DNA of 21,132 nt from Gemmatimonadota bacterium. Lineage in GTDB: Bacteria > Latescibacterota > UBA2968 > UBA8231. A program made the position numbers and the translations under genes. This document shows positions 1 to 9,076 of the stretch, one piece after another; position 1 is the stretch's first letter; each line of letters starts with the position of its first letter. The stretch is from assembly GCA_038153405.1 (NCBI GenBank), contig JAYOYH010000064.1:1-21132 (forward strand). The letters run 5' to 3'. The notes beneath the pieces were generated by a model, which was given only the letters and a program-made list of their open reading frames with translations, did no database searches and was not told the origin of the DNA.

Positions 1-108
1 CAGCAGGATCAGCAGGATCAGCAGGATCAGCAGGATCAGCAGGATCAGCAGGATCCACAAGACCAGCAGGACCAGCAGGATCCGCAAGACCAGCAGGACC
101 AGCAGCAG
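1..108 (+). repeat. In-frame 9-bp tandem repeat (CAGCAGGAT)n encoding QQD
   Basis: Six perfect CAGCAGGAT units (1-54), then variants CCACAAGAC, CAGCAGGAC, CAGCAGGAT, CCGCAAGAC, CAGCAGGAC, CAGCAGCAG. Confidence 0.95.
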
Positions 109-222
109 GGGATTAGTCAAGCCGAAGCAGAACAACTGCTCGATGCGCTAAAAGAGCGCGAGATGGATGCGCAGAAACGCCGCTACCGGGCAACCGGCCA
201 GAGCCGCGGCAAGGACTGGTAA
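1..222 (+). CDS. BatC-like protein, C-terminal fragment (5' end outside window)
   Basis: Frame 1 is open from base 1: (QQD)6 PQDQQDQQDPQDQQDQQQGISQAEAEQLLDALKEREMDAQKRRYRATGQSRGKDW*, TAA at 220-222. A Q-rich linker, an 'AEQLLDAL' helix and terminal KDW are typical of BatC/BatB-TPR C-termini. It lies 3 nt before batD. Not in the ORF track. Confidence 0.8.
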   Translation, partial: QQDQQDQQDQQDQQDQQDPQDQQDQQDPQDQQDQQQGISQAEAEQLLDALKEREMDAQKRRYRATGQSRGKDW

Positions 223-225
223 CGG

Positions 226-2022
226 ATGTGGATCTTGGCGACGTGTGCGCTGCTGCTGGCCGCCCCGCTGGGCGCGCAGGAAATCGAGTTTGACGCCAGC
301 GTAGATCGCACTCGCATTGGGCAGTCGGAACCGCTGCAGCTAACGCTGCGCATCGTCTCCGACGAAAACCTGCAGCACGTGCCGGCTCCAACGCTGTCTC
401 TCGATGGATTCCACGTCGAGGGGCCCAGCGTCAGCTCGCGCATTGAAATGGTTAATTTCAGCACGAGCTTCACGCGCGAACTGACCTATCGCCTCTTTGC
501 TAAACGCCAGGGGAAAATGCGCATCGGAGCGGCCAGTATCACCATCGGGGGCAAGACCTACCAGACCCAGCCCATCAATATAGAAGTCCTGCGCACCGCA
601 CGGCGCGGCAATAGCGGCAGTGCGGGAAGTGCCGGCGGCGCGTTTAACATAGATGACCACCTCTTTGTGCAGGCGCGCAGCGATCGCCAGCGCGCCTATG
701 TCGGCCAGCAGGTCACGCTTGATTTTGATCTATTCTATCGCGTTCAACTGCACAATGTAGGGTTTAAGGAGATACCCACCTTTGCCGGCTTTTGGATTAA
801 GGAGCTTTTCGTAGCTCAGCAGCTGCAATCGCATCGCGAAGTGGTTAACGGCGTCACCTTTAATGTCGCCCCGCTGCGTCGCGTGGCGCTCTTTCCCACC
901 AGCGCCGGTAAGCAGATCGTCGAGCGCATGGCCGTGTCCTGCGAAATACCTGCCGGTCGCTCGCAGCGCCGCAGTTTGCTCGACGACTTCTTCGCCTCCG
1001 ATCCCTTTTTCGGTCGGACACAGAGCGCACTATTGCAGAGCGAGCCGGTGGAGATCGAGGTGCTGCCCCTGCCCGATGAGGGGCGCCCCGCCGAATTTAC
1101 TGGCGCCGTTGGCCGCTTTGCGCTATCGGCCGATGCGCAGCCGACGCACGTGCAGGCCGGCGACCCCGTTACGCTGCGCGTAGAAGTCTCGGGGGTCGGC
1201 AATATGGCCGCGGTGCAGGTGCCCAATATCCAAATTACCGAGGGCATAAAGCTGTATGAGCCGACGGTGCAAGAAGAGGAGCAAATTGCCAACGGCAACT
1301 ACGGCGGTCGGCGCATATTTGAGTACATCCTCATTCCCGAGACGGGTGGGGTGATGGAAATTCCAGCTGTTCGCTTCGCCTATTTTGACCCATCGGTCGA
1401 ACGCTATATCACCTTGAAATCGGCGCCGATATACATCCATAGCGACGGCGCCGTGGAGCAGAATGGCGGAGAGGGCTACGGACTGAGCCGCAAGGACATT
1501 GAAGCCGTCGGAAGCGATATACGCCATATTAAACCGGATGCCAGCGCCCTAGGTCATGGCACGGCGCTCTACGCCAGTGGGCTTTTTTGGGTGCTACAGG
1601 CCAGTTTGCCGCTGGCTTTTCTCGGTTTGGTGCTCTTGCAGCGCCACCGCGAGCGCCTGCGCGGCGATGTGGCCTATGCGCGGCGTCGGCGCGCTCGCGG
1701 CGAAGCGTCAAAGCGTCTAGAGCGCGCCGACGTGCTGATGGAAGAGGGCGATTCCGGCGCCTTTTACGGAGAGCTTCAGCGCGCTGTATTGGCCTTTTTG
1801 GCCGATCGGCTCAATATAGCGGCTGCCGGACTGACGGCCGAGGCCTGCGAGGAGGCCCTGCTCGCGCGTGGAATCGACGAAGAAACCATCGATGCGCTGC
1901 GCACTTGGCTAGCCCGCTGCGATTATGCGCGCTTTGCCCAGGGAGTGGGAGGCCGTGCCGATATGGATGATGCGCGCGCGCAAGCGGAGCGCCTCATCAC
2001 CTCGTTGGAAAAGCGCATATGA
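226..2022 (+). CDS. batD: BatD family protein
   Basis: Signal peptide; repeated beta-rich BatD modules (ASVDRTRIG, AYVGQQVTL, ALFPTSAG, FTGAVGRF, FAYFDP); DIRHIK followed by one TM segment and a C-terminal 'CDYARFA' helical domain; Bat operon context. Confidence 0.9.
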   Translation: MWILATCALLLAAPLGAQEIEFDASVDRTRIGQSEPLQLTLRIVSDENLQHVPAPTLSLDGFHVEGPSVSSRIEMVNFSTSFTRELTYRLFAKRQGKMRIGAASITIGGKTYQTQPINIEVLRTARRGNSGSAGSAGGAFNIDDHLFVQARSDRQRAYVGQQVTLDFDLFYRVQLHNVGFKEIPTFAGFWIKELFVAQQLQSHREVVNGVTFNVAPLRRVALFPTSAGKQIVERMAVSCEIPAGRSQRRSLLDDFFASDPFFGRTQSALLQSEPVEIEVLPLPDEGRPAEFTGAVGRFALSADAQPTHVQAGDPVTLRVEVSGVGNMAAVQVPNIQITEGIKLYEPTVQEEEQIANGNYGGRRIFEYILIPETGGVMEIPAVRFAYFDPSVERYITLKSAPIYIHSDGAVEQNGGEGYGLSRKDIEAVGSDIRHIKPDASALGHGTALYASGLFWVLQASLPLAFLGLVLLQRHRERLRGDVAYARRRRARGEASKRLERADVLMEEGDSGAFYGELQRAVLAFLADRLNIAAAGLTAEACEEALLARGIDEETIDALRTWLARCDYARFAQGVGGRADMDDARAQAERLITSLEKRI

Positions 2023-2765
2023 AACGCGCCCTGTATCTCTTGCTGGTTTGGGTCTGTGCCGCCGGCGCCCAGTCGGCCGCACTCGGCCTGTATAACGAGG
2101 GCAATAGCCACTATCGCAATGGCGATTTTCCCGCTGCCCAGCGCGCCTATCAACAGGCGGTGGACAGCGGGATAGAAGACGCCCGGCTATTCTACAATTT
2201 GGCCAACGCCCAGTTTAAGCTGGGCCAGCTGGGCGAGGCTATTTTGTGGTACGAACGCGCCCACCGCCTCGACCCCCGCGACGAAGATATTGCTGCAAAT
2301 TTGCGATTTGCACACCAGATAAAGAAGGACCGCGATCCGCAAACGGAGGAGAATGCCGTCAGTCAGTTTCTTACTAGTGCATTTTTCCATCCTAGCTTGA
2401 GCGAGTTGGCGCTGCTCTTTGCTGCGGGGTGGTTTGGCCTATTCGCGCTGGGCGGTTGGCGCGTGTGGTTTCGCCGCAGCGCCCCGCTGTGGCTGGTTGG
2501 CTTATTGGTATGTGGTGCCGTGGCCGCGCTGGCGGGCGGCTGGCTGGGGGGGCGAGTCTACCATCAGGCGGACGAGGAGTTGGCCATCGTCGTCGCCGAT
2601 GTTGTGACGGCGCGCAGTGGACCGGACGCGGGGCAAACGGAAGTGTTCATCATGCACGAGGGTACCAAGGTCCGCGTGGTGCGACGCGAGGATGATTGGA
2701 TGCTGGTGCGCCTACAGAATGGACTCGGGGGATGGGTCCGGGCGGGAGAAATCAAGGCGATATAA
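2019..2765 (+). CDS. batE: BatE-like TPR + TM + SH3b protein
   Basis: Signal peptide, TPR (YNEGNSHY, LFYNLANAQFKLGQLGEAILWYERA, DIAANL), two TM helices, C-terminal SH3b (ARSGP, HEGTKV, GWV). ATGA overlap with batD. Confidence 0.9.
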   Translation: MKRALYLLLVWVCAAGAQSAALGLYNEGNSHYRNGDFPAAQRAYQQAVDSGIEDARLFYNLANAQFKLGQLGEAILWYERAHRLDPRDEDIAANLRFAHQIKKDRDPQTEENAVSQFLTSAFFHPSLSELALLFAAGWFGLFALGGWRVWFRRSAPLWLVGLLVCGAVAALAGGWLGGRVYHQADEELAIVVADVVTARSGPDAGQTEVFIMHEGTKVRVVRREDDWMLVRLQNGLGGWVRAGEIKAI

Positions 2766-2843
2766 GCCCGCTTGCTGTTTATGCTCTTTTCCGCGATGTT
2801 TTCCGCGGTTTGTTGAACGTTCACCTATTGGGAGGAAGAAAAA

Positions 2844-3896
2844 ATGGGCAAACTACGAGTTGGGGTGATCGGCGTTGGTGGCATTGCGCGCACGCACATG
2901 CCGGGATGGGCCGCATCGGAACACGCCGAAGTCGTCGCCGGTAGCGATGTCAACGAGGACGTCTTAAAGCGCTGGGGACAGGAACACGGCGTGAGCAAAT
3001 TACACACCGATCCGACCGCGCTGTTCAGCGATGGCGATATCGATGTGATCGATATTTGTACCCCTAATATGTATCACGCGCCGCTGAGCATTGCCGCGTT
3101 AGAAGGGGGCAAGCACGTGCTGTGTGAAAAGCCGCTGGCGCCGACACCGGACGATATTCGCAGCATGATAGCCGCGCGCAACCAGTCTGGCAAGACGCTG
3201 ATGACGGCGCAGCACTTTCGCTTTCAGGGTTCTTCAAAGGCGATGAAAGCGGAGATCGAAGCTGGGGCGCTGGGCGATATCTACCATGCGCGCAGCTGGA
3301 TGCTCCGGCGCGCCGGCGCGCCGACGGGTGGCGGCTTTATCCTCAAAGAGCACAGCGGAGGGGGGCCGTGCATCGATATCGGCGTGCACATCCTCGATCT
3401 GACCCTGTGGTTTATGGGCAATCCAGAGCCCGTCGCCGTCACTGGAGTGGCGCGCGCCGAGTTAGCGCACAGACAGGGGGCCTTTAGCCAGTGGGGGCGC
3501 AAGGAGATTCCGCCGCAGTATGACGTGGAGGATTTTGCTGCCGCATTTGTGCGCTTTGATAACGGCGCGACGTTGATCATTGAGGTCAGTTGGCTACTGC
3601 ACCACGACACGCAGGGCGAAGATATGCAGATGTGGCTCTACGGAACGCAGGGCGGCGCTCATTGGCCCAAATGCGAACTCTACGAGAGCAATTACCAGAC
3701 GCGCCAGCAGTACAATCGCCAGCTCAAGCTGATGTACGATGGTCTGGAGGCGCACGCGCAGGAATGCGTAGAGTTTGCACGCGCCGTGGCGGAAGGACAG
3801 CCCTCGCCGGTACCGGCCGAGCAATCGCTGCAGGTATTGCAGATTCTCGACGGCATTTACCGCAGCCAGCAGAGCGGCGGCGAGGTGCGGCTATAG
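2844..3896 (+). CDS. Gfo/Idh/MocA family NAD(P)-dependent oxidoreductase
   Basis: VGVIGVGGIA Rossmann motif, HVLCEKP, GGGPCIDIGVHILD, VEDFA; GGAGGA RBS upstream. Confidence 0.93.
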   Translation: MGKLRVGVIGVGGIARTHMPGWAASEHAEVVAGSDVNEDVLKRWGQEHGVSKLHTDPTALFSDGDIDVIDICTPNMYHAPLSIAALEGGKHVLCEKPLAPTPDDIRSMIAARNQSGKTLMTAQHFRFQGSSKAMKAEIEAGALGDIYHARSWMLRRAGAPTGGGFILKEHSGGGPCIDIGVHILDLTLWFMGNPEPVAVTGVARAELAHRQGAFSQWGRKEIPPQYDVEDFAAAFVRFDNGATLIIEVSWLLHHDTQGEDMQMWLYGTQGGAHWPKCELYESNYQTRQQYNRQLKLMYDGLEAHAQECVEFARAVAEGQPSPVPAEQSLQVLQILDGIYRSQQSGGEVRL

Positions 3897-3908
3897 TTTA
3901 GGTTGAGT

Positions 3909-3966
3909 TACCCCCATACAAAAGGCCTCCATCTCACCGCAGATGGAGGCCTTTTGTATGGGGGTA
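3909..3966. terminator. Bidirectional intrinsic terminator, 26-bp perfect inverted repeat
   Basis: TACCCCCATACAAAAGGCCTCCATCT (3909-3934) - loop CACCGC - AGATGGAGGCCTTTTGTATGGGGGTA (3941-3966). AAAA/TTTT tracts flank the inner GC stem. It sits between convergent stops at 3896 and 4001. Confidence 0.85.
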
Positions 3967-4000
3967 TTTTGCTCAGACGCGGCCAAAGGCAGTGTCGGGT

Positions 4001-5194
4001 CTACGAGGTTTTGGTGCCCGCGATATCGCTGTCAATCGGCAGGACAACCGAAATTGTCGTGCCTCGCCCCAGCTTGCTTTCAACGCCAATTGAGCCGCCG
4101 TGATTTTCGATAATGCCCTTGCAAATAGACAGGCCCAACCCGGTTCCACTGCTTCCCTTGGTCGTGAAAAAGGGTTCGAATATGCGCTCGAGCACATCGG
4201 GGGCAATGCCCGAACCATTGTCGCGAATTTGCACCGCAATCGACAGGTTGTCTGGGGCCTTTGTGGAAATGGCGAGCTGACCGCCCGCTTCAAGGGCATC
4301 AATAGCATTGTTAATCAGGTTGAGCAGCACCTGCGATATTTGCTCGGGGTCTACGTTAACCCATTCGCGCGCCGTCAGAGAGCGCGAGATGTCGATGCTT
4401 TTCTGCTTTATGGGATGGATCAGAAGGTCTAGGCAGTGTTCGACCAGCTTGTTGATATCGGTAGCGGTTTTAACGGGGTGCTTTTTGCGCGAAAAATCGC
4501 GCATGCTTTCCATGATGCCGGCGGCGCGAAAAATTTGCTCCGTTACCGTCGACAGCGAAGCGCGCTGGTCCGCGCTGATATTGTCCGATTTAGACACGGT
4601 TTCCACCCATCCCACGGCAATTGTAAGCGGCGTCATAACTTCGTGCACGATGCCGGCGGCTAGACGGCCCAGCGTCGACAGACGCTCGCTGTGCAGCAGC
4701 TGCTGAGTGCGCTCGACGATGCGCTGTTCAAGCGTCGCATTTAGCTCGCGCAGTTCCTGGTTGCTCTCGCTGAGTGAGTCGGTCAACGAAAGGTTGGACT
4801 GGATGAGCTCGAAGCGCTCAAAGCCTTGTTCTATGGCTTGTGCTAATTCAACGGAGTTCCAGGGCTTGTGCAGATAGCGATGGACTTCTCCCTCGTTTAT
4901 GGCGGCAATCGCCGCTTGAATATCGGCGTGCCCGGTCAACAAAATGCGAAAGGTTTGGGGGGAGAATTCGAGGACGCGGTGAAGAAACGTCGCGCCGTTC
5001 ATGCCGGGCATGCGCATGTCGGATACGACGACTGCCGCGTTGTGCTCTTCGAGTAGCGATAGGGCATCTTCGCCACTGGTTGCTGTAACAACCTTGTCTG
5101 CGACATGGCGCAGCTCGCGCTGCAGAGCGCGCAAGATATCCGCTTCGTCGTCTACGCAGAGGACGACTCGTTCATGGTTATTCACGGGAAACAC
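4001..5194 (-). CDS. Hybrid response regulator-histidine kinase (REC-coiled coil-HisKA-HATPase_c)
   Basis: REC: VDDE, SDMRMP, LLTG, KPW. H-box LAAGIVHEVMTP, N-box QVLLNLINNAIDA, G1 DNGSGI, F-box [10 protein letters not shown]2 GTGLGL. The GTG start is approximate. Confidence 0.93.
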   Translation of the reverse strand: MFPVNNHERVVLCVDDEADILRALQRELRHVADKVVTATSGEDALSLLEEHNAAVVVSDMRMPGMNGATFLHRVLEFSPQTFRILLTGHADIQAAIAAINEGEVHRYLHKPWNSVELAQAIEQGFERFELIQSNLSLTDSLSESNQELRELNATLEQRIVERTQQLLHSERLSTLGRLAAGIVHEVMTPLTIAVGWVETVSKSDNISADQRASLSTVTEQIFRAAGIMESMRDFSRKKHPVKTATDINKLVEHCLDLLIHPIKQKSIDISRSLTAREWVNVDPEQISQVLLNLINNAIDALEAGGQLAISTKAPDNLSIAVQIRDNGSGIAPDVLERIFEPFFTTKGSSGTGLGLSICKGIIENHGGSIGVESKLGRGTTISVVLPIDSDIAGTKTS

Positions 5195-5206
5195 TCATCA
5201 TGTTCG

Positions 5207-5854
5207 TTATGGTTTTTGCGAATAGTGGGTTTGTTGGGGAGTGCGCAACTGCGACAGCGCATCGTCGAGCTGCTTTTTCCAGCTGTGCAGTAGGGCGTCG
5301 CGCTGGGAAATTAGGCTGCGCAGCTGTTCGTTCTCAGCGCGCAGTGCCGCTAGGTGATCGCCTGTGTGTGCGCTAGTCGGCGCGCGTTCGGCCAACAGGT
5401 TTGCATTCTCCTTTTTGAGCTGTGCTATGGTGCGTTTCAGATCATCTATAATGCCCTCGCGCTGACGGGAGAGATCGTGAAAAACCAGAGCTTGGAGAAT
5501 GCAGTGTTTGAGCTCCATATCGTCCCAGGGCTTGCTGAGATAGCGAAAAATCTGCCCTTCGTTGATACTGCGCACGGCATCGTCTATGTCGCTATAGCCG
5601 GTCAGTAGGATGCGCACGGCGTGTGGGGCGATGTGTATGCTCTGCGCCATGAGCTGCGCACCGCTCATACCGGGCATGCGTTGGTCGGAGACGATGACGG
5701 AGACGTCGTTCTCTCGGAGCACCTCGAGGGCTTCTTGGCCGCTCGTTGCCAAGAGCAGGCGGTAGTCCTCGCGGCGGAACACGCGCCGCAGGCCGTTGAG
5801 AATGCCCACCTCGTCATCGACGAAGAGTAGCGTATAAGCGTAGTGCGTCTGCAT
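5207..5854 (-). CDS. Response regulator: HupR-like REC plus C-terminal coiled coil
   Basis: FVDDE, SDQRMP, LLTG, INEGQIFRYLSKPW; C-terminal heptad-rich helices (LKRTIAQLKKENANL, LRAENEQLRSLI); no recognisable HTH or enzyme domain. Confidence 0.9.
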   Translation of the reverse strand: MQTHYAYTLLFVDDEVGILNGLRRVFRREDYRLLLATSGQEALEVLRENDVSVIVSDQRMPGMSGAQLMAQSIHIAPHAVRILLTGYSDIDDAVRSINEGQIFRYLSKPWDDMELKHCILQALVFHDLSRQREGIIDDLKRTIAQLKKENANLLAERAPTSAHTGDHLAALRAENEQLRSLISQRDALLHSWKKQLDDALSQLRTPQQTHYSQKP

Positions 5855-5866
5855 CAGATTTTTCGA

Positions 5867-8026
5867 TCAAGACCTATCAGAGGACGCCTGTTCTTCGGAG
5901 CTTGCTTGCCCATCTTCTCCCTCCTCAGTGCTGGTTATGGGTTTGGCTTCGATGCCCATAGATTCCAGCCGAAAGCAGAAGCCGACGTGATCGGCGATCA
6001 GCGTATCTTCGCTATTACCCATCACTAGGCGCACACCGGCAAATGCCTTGCCGGTAACGACAATTTCTGCATTCTCCAGCGAGGAGTCCAGCATTTTTTT
6101 AAGCTCCTCCCTCTGGTTAAACGATTTTTCTCTGATCTCGAGCAGGTCGTAAAGCTTTTTAACGACTTCTCGCACGATTCTCTTTTTGCCGGGGGCCGTA
6201 TTGCGTAGGACCACTTTGATCTGCGCCGAGTTGGCCTCTTCGAGACCGAGGGTGCGCAGGAGACGCATGGAATTTGAATCGCAAAAATCAACTTGCTCGT
6301 TGATCTTGTTGATCTGCGCCGAGACTTTCGGATCGGCGCTAATGCTGATGAGCGTGCCGGATGTGGTGGCCGAACCCGCATACTGACAGGTGATGCAATG
6401 GGCGGCAATGGCCTCGCCGCCAACGATGCTGCCGCCGCGATCGCCGCCTCCGGGATGGACTGTGATATTGCTGTTGGATCGCAACATAGAGTTAAAGGCA
6501 TAGCTGCCAATCTCGATGTCGCCCTTGGCCGCAACCGCGGCGTTGAGAATGAACTGCGCCTGCACACAGCCTTCGGAGAGGGCGCCCAAGGCCACGACGC
6601 TCGTGCCGCCGCCGATAATGCCGCGCGAGATAATAATATCGCCCTTAGCGCGCAGGGTTGCACCGCTCTCGACGTTGCCGCCGACAGTGATCGATCCTCC
6701 GGCTTTGACGGTAAAGCCGGAGCCCACGTCGCCGTTTATCTGCACATCGTGCGGCGTATCGATATTGCCAACTTCGTAGTCGACGTTGCCGCTCACGACA
6801 AAAACCTGTTTGACGTCGATGCTGCCCTTGCCAACGTGCACGTTGCCGCTGGTCATCGCGTAGAATTGAGTGGGCGGGTTGCCTTCGCTGCGCACATTTT
6901 CACCGGCGGTAAAGCTCAGCGAATCGTCGCCGTCGTTGGCCGTCAGCGCATTGCCGCACACGTCGATCCCCGCCTGCCCCTGCGTCGCTTGGATCAGCGT
7001 GCCTAGCAGTTGGCCTTCCTCGACGGCAATTACCGAGTTGCGCTCGCGTAGGTCGATGCTGCCGTCGGGGTTGATCTTACCGGCCAACTTCTCCGGGTTG
7101 AATCCCAAATCCATACGGGCGTCTTGCCCGTGGGCCGGCGGGGTGCCGCGTGCGATCAGGCGCGCCTTAGGCTGAGTGTGAGGCAGGGGCTTCTGACTGA
7201 CCAACTCTATGTTTTTAGTGACAAATCCAGATTTGACGCCACATTCGTTAAGCGTAGCCTGTAGGACTTCTGAACCGATGGACGGATGGCTCTTCGGTAG
7301 TGGGAAATGGACGAAGTAGGCGCGCATGGAGTCTTCGGTAATCCAGATGGGAGGAATTACCGATAATGTATCCTGTATCTGACAAACATATCCCATCTGG
7401 TCGGCGATAAAGCGGTTATCCGTTTGGCTTACGTTGGAACCCGCCTCCAGCGAGACTTCTTCTCCTGGCTTTTCGATGCTATTGCCGAGGACTTCGCGGC
7501 CCGGTGTGCCCGGCGTGGCGGCAATGACCGTTGCCAACTCGTCGCCGGGCATGACCCAAATGCACTCCGTGCTCTTGGCTAGCACCGCTTCAATTGTTTT
7601 CTGTTCGAAGGCGTCTTTAATCTGCCTGTAGGCTGGTAAAGGGCCGCTGTGCTCTTTTAGGTAGGCGTATTCGATGCGTCCGTTGGTGCCGGGCTTGGCT
7701 AGCGTGCCAAGGGCCACGACAAAATTCCCCTGTACCGTCTCTTCGGGATCTTCCAGACACTTTTCGGCCAGTTCGGCAACGGCATCGCCGTCGAGGCCGT
7801 GTTTTATATCGTACTGCTCGGTTAGCGCAGTGGTGATATCGCGATGGGACAGGTCGGCATGGCCGCCGAAGGAAATCTGTTTGACGACGGCTTGCATGCG
7901 GTCTGCGGATATATTGACCACCATCCAACTCTCCGGATCGTCGCCGAAGGATTGGCGCTCTGGGGGGAGTTCGACCTCGTCTCGGTCCTCTGAAGTACTT
8001 GCGGTAGCCGCTTGTCGATTATTCAT
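5867..8026 (-). CDS. FapA/DUF342 family protein, paralogue 1 (two tandem FapA_N domains + beta-solenoid)
   Basis: IARGTPPAHGQDA, DGSIDLRERN, AGENV, VSGNVDYEVGNID, INGDVGSGFTVKAGGSITVGGNVE, GSIVGGE, then a coiled-coil insert and terminal solenoid turns. Confidence 0.9.
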   Translation of the reverse strand: MNNRQAATASTSEDRDEVELPPERQSFGDDPESWMVVNISADRMQAVVKQISFGGHADLSHRDITTALTEQYDIKHGLDGDAVAELAEKCLEDPEETVQGNFVVALGTLAKPGTNGRIEYAYLKEHSGPLPAYRQIKDAFEQKTIEAVLAKSTECIWVMPGDELATVIAATPGTPGREVLGNSIEKPGEEVSLEAGSNVSQTDNRFIADQMGYVCQIQDTLSVIPPIWITEDSMRAYFVHFPLPKSHPSIGSEVLQATLNECGVKSGFVTKNIELVSQKPLPHTQPKARLIARGTPPAHGQDARMDLGFNPEKLAGKINPDGSIDLRERNSVIAVEEGQLLGTLIQATQGQAGIDVCGNALTANDGDDSLSFTAGENVRSEGNPPTQFYAMTSGNVHVGKGSIDVKQVFVVSGNVDYEVGNIDTPHDVQINGDVGSGFTVKAGGSITVGGNVESGATLRAKGDIIISRGIIGGGTSVVALGALSEGCVQAQFILNAAVAAKGDIEIGSYAFNSMLRSNSNITVHPGGGDRGGSIVGGEAIAAHCITCQYAGSATTSGTLISISADPKVSAQINKINEQVDFCDSNSMRLLRTLGLEEANSAQIKVVLRNTAPGKKRIVREVVKKLYDLLEIREKSFNQREELKKMLDSSLENAEIVVTGKAFAGVRLVMGNSEDTLIADHVGFCFRLESMGIEAKPITSTEEGEDGQASSEEQASSDRS

Positions 8027-8044
8027 CGCCTCTGCGCGTGCTGA

Positions 8045-9064
8045 TTAGAGGTCCCAGTCCTTGAGTACAGCGGCGATCTCGCCCTTCCACGAATCCATAT
8101 TGCTGTGTATTTGAGCATCGTTTATGGCCATAGCTGCCTGTAGGGCAAAGCTGGCGACGACGCTTAGTTCGTCGGCCGAGATGGTTTCCCGGCTGCGCGG
8201 TGAAGCCACTTCAATGAGTCCGAGCACATTTTCTCCGCGCACGATGGGTGCGATGGCAAAGGGGGGAACGTCCGATTCTTCGGTGTGCTCCATATTGACC
8301 GGCTGGCGGGTTTCGGCGACGCGGGCGAAAGCCTCGGCATGCAGCGAGGTGGGCTGGATCTTTAGCACGTCGCTGGGTTGGAGAATGCGGCCGGCATAGT
8401 CGATGGCCGCTACAGCTTTGGGCGTGCCTTCCTTCATCAAATAGACCACCGCCTCTTCCATCTCGATAATTTCGGAAACGACCTGTAACACGATCTTGAG
8501 CGTTTCATCTAGGGAGTGCACGCTGAGCATGTGCTGGGTAATGCGATCCTTGCCAGCCAGTTCCTTGACCTTTAGCTGCAACTCCCGCGTGCGCTGCGTA
8601 ACCGCCTCTTCCAGCCGCGCATTAAAATGCTCCAACTCCTGGTTTTTTCGGATGAGCTCTGCGGTGAGTTTCCTGTTTTCAAATTCTAGCTCGTACTGCT
8701 TCAGGGCATCGCGCACGGATTGTTTGATGTCTTGGTCGTTCCACGGCTTGGTTATATAACGCGAAATGCCGCCGCGGTTAATCGATTCTGTTACCGAGTC
8801 TGCGTCGGAAAAGCCCGTCAGCATGATGCGCTTGCAGTGGGGGGCGACCTCGATGGAGCGGGCGAGAAATTCGGGACCCGTCATATGCGGCATGCGGTAA
8901 TCGGATATGATGAGAGACACCTCGTTTTGTTCGAGCACGCTCAGGCCGTCGGTGCCGCTGGTGGCAGCCAGTACCTGATAGCCTTCGCGAAGAAAGAGGC
9001 GGCGCAGGGCGTTGATTATGCTCTCCTCGTCATCGACCAGTAGTAGGGTATGTTGCATGGCCAT
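8045..9064 (-). CDS. Response regulator: REC-coiled coil-GAF
   Basis: LVDDE, SDYRMP, MLTG, YITKPW; S-helix-like LEEAVTQRTREL; GAF (SLDETLKIVL ... IAPIVRGENVLGLIEV ... FALQAAMAINDAQ); AGGAG RBS. Confidence 0.9.
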   Translation of the reverse strand: MAMQHTLLLVDDEESIINALRRLFLREGYQVLAATSGTDGLSVLEQNEVSLIISDYRMPHMTGPEFLARSIEVAPHCKRIMLTGFSDADSVTESINRGGISRYITKPWNDQDIKQSVRDALKQYELEFENRKLTAELIRKNQELEHFNARLEEAVTQRTRELQLKVKELAGKDRITQHMLSVHSLDETLKIVLQVVSEIIEMEEAVVYLMKEGTPKAVAAIDYAGRILQPSDVLKIQPTSLHAEAFARVAETRQPVNMEHTEESDVPPFAIAPIVRGENVLGLIEVASPRSRETISADELSVVASFALQAAMAINDAQIHSNMDSWKGEIAAVLKDWDL

Positions 9065-9076
9065 GGGGGAATTCTC

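Noticed and set aside
1..108. CRISPR array
   Set aside because: Contiguous 9-bp units with no spacers, in frame within a CDS.
6025..7175. Long alternative-frame ORFs within FapA1 (6025-6663, 6293-7006) and similar ones in batD and polX
   Set aside because: Expected in GC-rich DNA; no motifs, and fully nested in well-supported genes.
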